64,000 nt of DNA from an uncultured Verrucomicrobiae bacterium (GTDB lineage Bacteria; Verrucomicrobiota; Verrucomicrobiia; Chthoniobacterales; JAFAMB01). The position numbers and the translations under genes were made by a program. Under the pieces are notes generated by a model. That model was given only the letters and a program-made list of their open reading frames with translations. It made no database searches and was not told the origin of the DNA. The stretch is taken from NCBI GenBank assembly GCA_963762565.1, contig CAVXLD010000003.1, positions 864,001 to 928,000 of the forward strand, written 5' to 3'. Below, piece after piece: positions 57,527 through 64,000 of this stretch. The first letter of the stretch is position 1. Each line of letters starts with the position of its first letter.

Positions 57527-58000
57527 ATGAGCACTACCTCCGTTTCACCTCGCATGGAGCAACCGAAAGTGAACCAGCTGCTGGGCCCGGCATTGAAGAG
57601 CCTCTACGATATCGAAGGGCATCTGCGAAAATCGACGCTCGAGCCTGAGCTGCGGGAATTGATAAAATTGCGAGTCTCCCAGATCAATGGATGTGCTTAC
57701 TGCATCATTTATCATCGCCGCGACGCGCTGAAGCTGGGGGTCGCTGAACGAAGAATCCATCTGCTTAATGCCTGGAGGGAAGCATCCGATTCCGAATATT
57801 CGGAGCGAGAACGCGCCGCCTTAGCCTGGGCGGAAGCGGTGACGTTAATCTCTCTGCATCATTTGCCCGATGAAGTCTACGCTGAAGCCGCCCGCGTTTT
57901 CTCCGAACAGGAACTGGTTGATCTTAACCTGGCCGTGATGAGTATCAATGCGTGGAACCGTCTTTCCATCGCGTTCCGATACGAGCCCGACCGCGACTAG
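57527..58000 (+). CDS. Carboxymuconolactone decarboxylase/AhpD family protein
   Basis: LRVSQINGCAYC...YSERERAALAWAEAVT...INAWNRL. Confidence 0.93.
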   Translation: MSTTSVSPRMEQPKVNQLLGPALKSLYDIEGHLRKSTLEPELRELIKLRVSQINGCAYCIIYHRRDALKLGVAERRIHLLNAWREASDSEYSERERAALAWAEAVTLISLHHLPDEVYAEAARVFSEQELVDLNLAVMSINAWNRLSIAFRYEPDRD

Positions 58001-58004
58001 GATC

Positions 58005-58270
58005 CACCACAGAGACACAGAGGGATATTCACCACAAAGGCACAAAGGACACAAAGACAGAAAATTTGACAGGAAGGCCGCAAAGGCCACCAAGACGGAT
58101 CCTTATTCAGAAGCAAAGGGAGACAACCAAGGGGAAAAGTGTCAGCGGAGCGTCAAGATTGCTTTTCTTAAACCTTAGTTGCCTTCTCCTCAAAGAAATC
58201 TGGCTTTGCGGCCTTTGTGCCCTTCCTGTGACATTTTCTGTCTTCGCGTGCTTTGTGTCTTTGTGGTGAA
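58005..58270. repeat. Family I element
   Basis: CACCACAAAGGCACAAAGGACACAAAGACAGAAAAT...CAGGAAGG / CCTTCCTG...ATTTTCTGTCTT...CTTTGTGTCTTTGTGGTG. Confidence 0.85.
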
Positions 58271-58389
58271 ATTTGCCTTTTGCGCCGAGGGACAAACTCG
58301 GCGAAATTCGGGAGTATCCCCCAGTCCGTTTCCCCTGCTTTGCTCGACCTAAATGGGCTGAAGGAAAGTAACGTTCACCTGGAGGTAAT

Positions 58390-59223
58390 ATGAGCCAGAA
58401 TCTCACCCTGCTCCGGCAGAATTACTGCCGGTCCGTCGTGGTGGATGGTCCACCCGATTTCTTTCCGCTGGAAAGAGAATCCGAACAAGGAAAAGCAGTC
58501 TTGGCGAAAAAGCCGACTAAAGTTCAGCAATGGCAAAGGTTTAATCCACACGGGCTTTTGCAAATTTATCGAGACCAGCAAAGCGGCGCTGAACTTCCTG
58601 TGTTTGCGGTATTCAACCTGGGAGGCACTAACCGTCTGACCGCCGAAGTCACCATGACTTCCGTCTCTGCAGACAGTGAGCCTGGGGACCTAACCAGTTT
58701 TCTTCCATTCGGCAGAAGCCAGGAATTTGTGAAGAGAATCAATGCGGCCAGAATGCGGGCTGAACGGATTGCGTTTAAGGTATCCGCGCTGATTGGAATC
58801 GCCGGCTTGCTAGCCTTTTTTTTGTCGCATAATCCAGGCGTTAAACCAGCCGCGCTACCGTTCCTAGTGATAGGAGTATGGAGCCTGGGCACATTTCTCT
58901 CTTATCTAATCGCCGAGTTTCTGCTTAACCGATTTTATCCTTGGAAGAAATTGATCTTAACTGCCGAGTTCGATGGCATTCTACCGAGCTCGACCCGCGA
59001 GATTGCGCTGGCCGCAAAACACCGGTTCAATAACCTCTACCTGATTGTAGATCAGCAGAAGCGTTGGCAGAGCACACTTCTACGGGATCCCGTACCACGC
59101 GCCCTCGATCCTCTGCTAATTGGAGAACTTAAGCATGGCAGCCGACGCCGCTTTTTCTTGTTAGATCAATTTGATCTGACCGCAGCCGAACAGTATCTGG
59201 CGGACGAATTTGCGACCAAATAG
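58390..59223 (+). CDS. Membrane hypothetical protein (two TM)
   Basis: GGAGG ribosome site before ATG; 277-aa ORF with two hydrophobic segments. Confidence 0.7.
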   Translation: MSQNLTLLRQNYCRSVVVDGPPDFFPLERESEQGKAVLAKKPTKVQQWQRFNPHGLLQIYRDQQSGAELPVFAVFNLGGTNRLTAEVTMTSVSADSEPGDLTSFLPFGRSQEFVKRINAARMRAERIAFKVSALIGIAGLLAFFLSHNPGVKPAALPFLVIGVWSLGTFLSYLIAEFLLNRFYPWKKLILTAEFDGILPSSTREIALAAKHRFNNLYLIVDQQKRWQSTLLRDPVPRALDPLLIGELKHGSRRRFFLLDQFDLTAAEQYLADEFATK

Positions 59224-59231
59224 CCGCGAAA

Positions 59232-59260
59232 ACTTGTCGCGCCGTAGCTTGCGAAGGCGG
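59232..59260 (-). mobile_element. 29-bp variant of the micro-element
   Basis: Reverse complement CCGCCTTCGCAAGCTACGGCGCGACAAGT, flanked by A/A inside a CGCGAA/CACAAA arm. Confidence 0.65.
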
Positions 59261-59298
59261 ACGGCACAAAAAGCGCAAAAAAAGGAAGTCGGAATAGC

Positions 59299-59749
59299 CT
59301 AGCAGACTGTTGAAAAACGCATGTCTTCTGGCCTGGAGGGGAGCCGCTTTGGCACGTAACAGAAGATCCCGCGATGTTTGCCTGGACGCGTGCATGACCG
59401 GAAATCTCCTTAAACAGGCGGCTCCCGGGAACGTTTCAACGCGTGTTAGGTTTGTTGGCACGACGCCCGGATGAACAATCTCCGAACGGAACTATGGACG
59501 AAACATTGCGTGCGGTAATTCCCGGGAGCCGCCTGTTTAACACCCTATTTGGCTTTCCTCGCAATGGATAGAATATCACGAGATCTTTAGGCTCGTTCCA
59601 AAGCGGCTCCCCTCCAGGCCAGGCTGCTATTACCTTGTCCCTCCGGGACAGCCAACCGGCGTCTTTTAACAGTTTGCTAGGCTATCATGAGCCGCCGCTT
59701 CGCGGCTAATCTGCGGCTCATTGAAATCGGTTTTTCAACAGTCTGCTAG
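59299..59749. mobile_element. MITE with perfect 20-bp CTAG-bounded terminal inverted repeats
   Basis: CTAGCAGACTGTTGAAAAAC / GTTTTTCAACAGTCTGCTAG; second degenerate right end at 59661-59680. Confidence 0.8.
59328..59622. mobile_element. Family C element, copy 4 (alignable with copy 3 over its full length)
   Basis: CTGGCCTGGAGGGGAGCCGCTTTGG / CCAAAGCGGCTCCCCTCCAGGCCAG. Confidence 0.88.
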
Positions 59750-60041
59750 TGTCCTGTCCCATAAGTAACGTGGCTTTCGTTGCGATCAAAATGGGCCGTC
59801 GGCAAGGCGGTCCGAGCCGGACTGGCGGTAGAGGGCGCATATCTAGATCGATACGTAACCGACGAGCAACGCAGCCGCCGGCCCATTTTCATCGCAACCC
59901 TCCGGGCCGTGGCCAGTTGGCTGTTTTTCTGCGTTGCTCGCTCGACCCGTATGAACCAGATATGGGCGCTTCGCTCGCGCCTTGAAAAACAGCCAACTGA
60001 CCGACGGCGAAAGCCACGTTATTTATGGGACAGGACACTAG
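59746..60041. mobile_element. MITE with 34-bp terminal inverted repeats, ends reminiscent of IS630-family elements
   Basis: CTAGTGTCCTGTCCCATAAGTAACGTGGCTTTCG / CGAAAGCCACGTTATTTATGGGACAGGACACTAG, one mismatch; no transposase ORF. Confidence 0.85.
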
Positions 60042-60054
60042 TTGTCGACGACCC

Positions 60055-60159
60055 TCTGTTTCCTCTGTTACCTCCTGTTTAAAAATCTGTCTTTGTGTCC
60101 TTCGCGACCTTCCTGTTAAATTTTCCATTTTCTTAGTGTCTTTGTGCCTTTGTGTGAGA
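60055..60159. repeat. Solo right arm of family I
   Basis: CTTTGTGTCCTTCGCGACCTTCCTGTTAAATTTT...TCTTAGTGTCTTTGTGCCTTTGTGTGAG matches 56857-56922. Confidence 0.75.
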
Positions 60160-60178
60160 ATCGCTTTCCTTGTTACCC

Positions 60179-61318
60179 CTACCCTTTATCTACCGTGGTG
60201 GTGAGTGCTTGGGTTTGGCCAGTTGAACTGGCGCGGTATGCGGCTTCGATAATGTCGATCACATGTGTCGCGTGTTCAGGGGTGACTAAAGACGGTTTTC
60301 CTTCTGTGACCCAGTCGATTAGCTGCATCACATCTTCGAACACATGCTGCTCGGGAAGGTCACGATGGAATTCGTTGATGTGCGGCAGCAGCCATTGATT
60401 TCCAAGGCTCTGGTCTCCAGACGCGCCGGCAGCTTGGCGAGCGATGTCGGCGCCGGGGTACTGCAGCGGTTCCCCATTGAGTGTCAGTCCAACGATCGAT
60501 CCGCGGGTCCCGAAATAATTTCCGCTAAACCCCTGAGTCACCCTTCCACTGGCGGTACCGTATACAAAAGCAAAAAGGTTCTCCCCAAAGTCTAAGAGCA
60601 TCACCGTGTTATCGTCCGCGTCGCAGGCAACCATCTTGCCGCGGAACTCGCGCTCCTTGATCCGGGTACCGGATAGGGCCGTGACCCGTAACACCGAACC
60701 TAGGATTCCGGTTAAAGCGGTCAGCGAATACACCGTCATATCGTAGAGCGGACCGCCTCCGGGTTTACGAAAATACCAAGACGGATCGATATTCGAGAGA
60801 ACATCGGTACCCTGCCTTTCATGTTCGTCCTCGTGATAAGTCCCAAAGGCTGCGCCACACACTGCCCAGCAAAGCGAGCCGATATCCCCGCGGCCGATCA
60901 TTTCTTTGATCTGCTGATTATGGGGTCGAAGCATCTCTCCCGGTGAAGGCAAAAGGCGGAGATTCCGCTCCCGAGCCAGTCGCGTAAGTTCTTTGGCCTC
61001 AGCTGCGGTAATGGCCATGGTCTTGTTGCAATGAACGTGTTTGGAAGCCGATAGCGCCTGACGAACCTGGTCGAAATGGAAATGGATTGGCGAAGCAATC
61101 GTGACCGCGTCCACCTCGTCACAGGCCAGTAGCTCCTGGTAATCACTGAACCAACGAGCAATCCCAAATTTCTCGGCTGCTGCTCGGGCCCGGTCAGCAA
61201 CCGGATCACAAATCGCCGCTAACGACACCCGCTCAGCCACATCCGGTTGTACCAAGTGGCGCAGCACCCGCAGTGCAATGGTCCCGCCCCCAACGATTCC
61301 TAATCCAATTTTACTCAT
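60179..61318 (-). CDS. Gfo/Idh/MocA family oxidoreductase
   Basis: GIVGGGTIA, VDAVTIASP, HVHCNKTMA, GGGPLYDM. Confidence 0.9.
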   Translation of the reverse strand: MSKIGLGIVGGGTIALRVLRHLVQPDVAERVSLAAICDPVADRARAAAEKFGIARWFSDYQELLACDEVDAVTIASPIHFHFDQVRQALSASKHVHCNKTMAITAAEAKELTRLARERNLRLLPSPGEMLRPHNQQIKEMIGRGDIGSLCWAVCGAAFGTYHEDEHERQGTDVLSNIDPSWYFRKPGGGPLYDMTVYSLTALTGILGSVLRVTALSGTRIKEREFRGKMVACDADDNTVMLLDFGENLFAFVYGTASGRVTQGFSGNYFGTRGSIVGLTLNGEPLQYPGADIARQAAGASGDQSLGNQWLLPHINEFHRDLPEQHVFEDVMQLIDWVTEGKPSLVTPEHATHVIDIIEAAYRASSTGQTQALTTTVDKG

Positions 61319-62584
61319 GTTGTCGGATTACTTAGACGGATTTTTGAGCACAAACGAACGAAGGAAACGAAGAGCGGATCTGGTTTAGTTCTTCGAAAGA
61401 AGCAGAATCATCTTACAGTTCCCGCGATAGCAATGAAAACCTTTGGCACGCCCAACCAGTTAACCGGCTAGGGAACGTCGGCAACAACACCCCTGAACTC
61501 GATCAGCTCGCAGTTCTGGCGCAACCACCCCCGGATTGTTCCAGGAATGATAGGCCAGCAATCAGACTGACCACTTTCTTTATTCAGCCAGTCTTTTTTC
61601 GCGCCGTCATCCGAATGCCACTCTTCCGGTGAGAACTCCGATGGCTGAACCGTCCCGGTGAATCCATCTAAAGGCAAAAAACATAGGACTGCGCTTGTTT
61701 CAAAGCCTGCTCTTGAACAGGATTCGGGCCCAAACTAACGCCTTAGCTCAGGAGTTAGATGCCGCCCCTTGATGTCAATGAACGCCCCCCAAACCTCCTA
61801 TAACCCCGGGAAAAAGCATACAAACGTGGAATCAGCTTGTATTCTTATAGCTTTGAGAGCTATGACATTTCTAGAGAGTCCGGAAACTCGCGTCGTTTTG
61901 GCGGTTAAATCTCGACGATGGCCCAGATAATCACACCCCAAGAGTTTGAAAGACGGCTCGCCACTGGCGAGAGCTTCTTCGATAGCGTTAGCGCCAAATA
62001 TATTCTCAGGATGCCGGGGAGCAGAGTACATCACCCAGGGAAGATGAGAAGCCGCCTCAAGACGAGAGCGATTCGGCGCCGGTCGAAGAAGCAGCTCTAG
62101 AATGCTTTTAGCATTGCTAAGCATTTGCCTTCAAATTCGGGGCCTGACTGCTAACGCCTTTGATCTCAACGGCGAGCACTCACAATCATTGCGGCTTCAT
62201 CGGGCATCGCGTCCGCCGGAGTAGACCGTACGGTCGGGCCCGCTGCGGATATGTATCCTGCGGCGGCGATCACCAAGTTATATTCCAATGGTTTGAATCA
62301 ATCCGATCCGAATCTTCATAGTTTCTAAGGGAGCGCAGCAGCAACTAGAGCACCAAGAACTTTGATTTCGCCGTCACTGCAGATCGGCCTTGAAAGAGGC
62401 TTCGGTTGGCCGTTAAGGGATGCCGCTAGCGGCGCGTAGTCTCAGCGCGAAGATCGACTCGGTGATCTCGGAGTGTAGTGGTTTTGCCCGACCACAACCA
62501 GGCAAAAGTTAAACAATGCAAGTTCTTAAGAACAAAACTCCAAAAGTTTTAGCCTCACCGGTCTTTAGTAGATTGAACGGGGCC

Positions 62585-63334
62585 ATGAAACCATCCCAGG
62601 CACCGTCTTCGGACTCCTACCCCGTCGAAGAAGATTCCTTCGAAAAACATTGGGCTCAGAACCGCGGTTCCCCTGGTTGGTATTGCCTGCGTTCAGCACG
62701 AAAACAGGAGTTCATAGCAGCGGCCCATTTGAAGGCTTTACCAAATGTACAAGTCTTCTGCCCGAGAATTCAATTCCGGCGGCGCTCGAACGTCTCTGGG
62801 AAAAGTATGCTGTTCGCCGAGGCGTTATTCCCTGGACATTTTTTTGCACGCTTTCCTACAACCGAAATATTGGCGGCAGTTGAGCAGCTATCTGGTGTTC
62901 GGGGTGTCGTGTGCTTCACTGGAAAGCATGCAGTGATGGAGGAAAAGGTGATCGCGGCGCTGCGTGTAGAAACGAAGGCAATCATGAACGGGCTTGCCGC
63001 AGGGGACCGCTTGCGTTTAACCAACTGCGGAGTCTCCAGGCTCGAGGCCGTCATAACACACATATTATCGGCTGACGAACGGGTGCAGACCCTTTTGGAT
63101 TTCCTCCAGTCCGAAACGAGTACGCAAGAGTCCTTAAAAAATGCGTCGATGAGCCGGCCGGGACTGACCATCCTTCGCTTTTCGACTCGATTCAGGTTGA
63201 TTAGCTCAAATGGTGCTTTCAATCCGTCCGCGTCTAAACTAGCGGAACTCGCAGAACCCAATTTGCCGGCAAACGACCGCGATCTATCAAAAGGCTTGCC
63301 ATTCTCGACCTCGTATCGGCAGGCAATCGCCTAG
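62585..63334 (+). CDS. NusG-paralog transcription antiterminator (RfaH/UpxY-like); start uncertain
   Basis: WYCLRS.RKQEFIAAAHL...VFCPRI...EALFPGHFFARF...GVRGVV NGN domain; degenerate KOW (AGDRLRL...ERVQTLLDFL). Confidence 0.75.
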   Translation: MKPSQAPSSDSYPVEEDSFEKHWAQNRGSPGWYCLRSARKQEFIAAAHLKALPNVQVFCPRIQFRRRSNVSGKSMLFAEALFPGHFFARFPTTEILAAVEQLSGVRGVVCFTGKHAVMEEKVIAALRVETKAIMNGLAAGDRLRLTNCGVSRLEAVITHILSADERVQTLLDFLQSETSTQESLKNASMSRPGLTILRFSTRFRLISSNGAFNPSASKLAELAEPNLPANDRDLSKGLPFSTSYRQAIA

Positions 63335-63489
63335 CCATCCCCAACGCGTGTCCGTGCTTCCGTGGGGGTTAGCAAGCCGGTAGGTTCCGCAACGATTCCT
63401 AGTCCGATTTTACTCATGTTACGCCCAAAGGCAGAATTATTTCACCACAAAGACACAAAGGACACGAAGACAGATTTCGTGTTTTTCTG

Positions 63490-64000
63490 TTAAATTTCCG
63501 GTTCCCGTTGTGAGCTTGTGCAAACCATCTCGAGCCTCTCGGTAATCATCCTTGAGATCCGGCCTGCCGCCGGAGGATCGAGGTTTGCTAGTACGACGAC
63601 CAGATAGCCGATATCCGGAAACATCTCGAAGATACCATTCATCCCAATCGCGCCACCGCTGTGACCGACACCCCGCAGACCGTTCACCGTTCGAGTTTCA
63701 AAGCCGTATCCATAGTGACTACCATGGTCCGTCTCGACCCTTCCAGCCGTGACCAATTCGGTGTAGTGAGCATTCAGCAGTCTCTTGGCCTGTAAAGCGA
63801 TGGCGAAACTCAAAAGGTCATGAACCGTTGAATAACCGCAGCCTGCTGAACTGCCGCGAAAGGGCAAGCTAGTGGTATTCGGACGCGGGTACGGCAAGGG
63901 AACTATATTAGAGCTCACCATCGTCCCAGCTGCACAGGTGTAACCGACGCTGCGATCAGGCACGAACTGATCTTCCGGCTCGGAACCGCTAGACCGCATC
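63490..64000 (-). CDS. Serine hydrolase/beta-lactamase family, C-terminal part; 5' end off the window
   Basis: GSSAGCGYSTVHDL, YGYGF, GHSGG, VVVLAN. Confidence 0.88.
   Translation of the reverse strand, partial: MRSSGSEPEDQFVPDRSVGYTCAAGTMVSSNIVPLPYPRPNTTSLPFRGSSAGCGYSTVHDLLSFAIALQAKRLLNAHYTELVTAGRVETDHGSHYGYGFETRTVNGLRGVGHSGGAIGMNGIFEMFPDIGYLVVVLANLDPPAAGRISRMITERLEMVCTSSQREPEI

Noticed and set aside
61468..62124. Small ORFs 61468-61677, 61798-62124 and 61918-62100
   Set aside because: Overlapping alternatives with no recognisable motif; cannot choose among them.
1..64000. tRNA, rRNA, transposase, integrase or reverse transcriptase genes
   Set aside because: None recognised by eye or in the ORF track; a covariance or HMM search was not possible.

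Overview
Chromosomal window of roughly 55% GC (by eye). Gene content and style suggest a soil Verrucomicrobiota/Chthoniobacterales-like bacterium, which is an inference only. It holds about 50 intact accessory and metabolic genes: a form II coxSLMG molybdoenzyme operon, a sugar/glycoside cluster (class II aldolase, DeoR, PfkB, LacI, ABC transporter, ADP-ribosylglycohydrolase-family protein), two toxin-antitoxin pairs, four YVTN/YncE beta-propeller genes, two divergent SDR/TetR pairs, an ABC-F ATPase, an ECF41 sigma factor, an AAC(6')-like GNAT and an orphan RfaH-like factor. About 10 gene fragments or frameshifted genes are also present. I found no rRNA, tRNA, CRISPR array, transposase or integrase. 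The main signal is non-coding. Most intergenic gaps, including those inside operons, contain 100-450 bp palindromic elements from about 10 families (REP/REPIN-like, MITE-like, and arms built from 8-10 bp CRCRRA-type units). These elements nest inside each other, often start exactly at stop codons, and in several cases are translated as part of host proteins. A 31-bp hairpin micro-element occurs 8 times; 7 copies sit inside an arm of another repeat with the same base on both sides, suggesting a 1-bp target duplication. No mobilising enzyme is encoded in the window, so all mechanisms proposed here are hypotheses.
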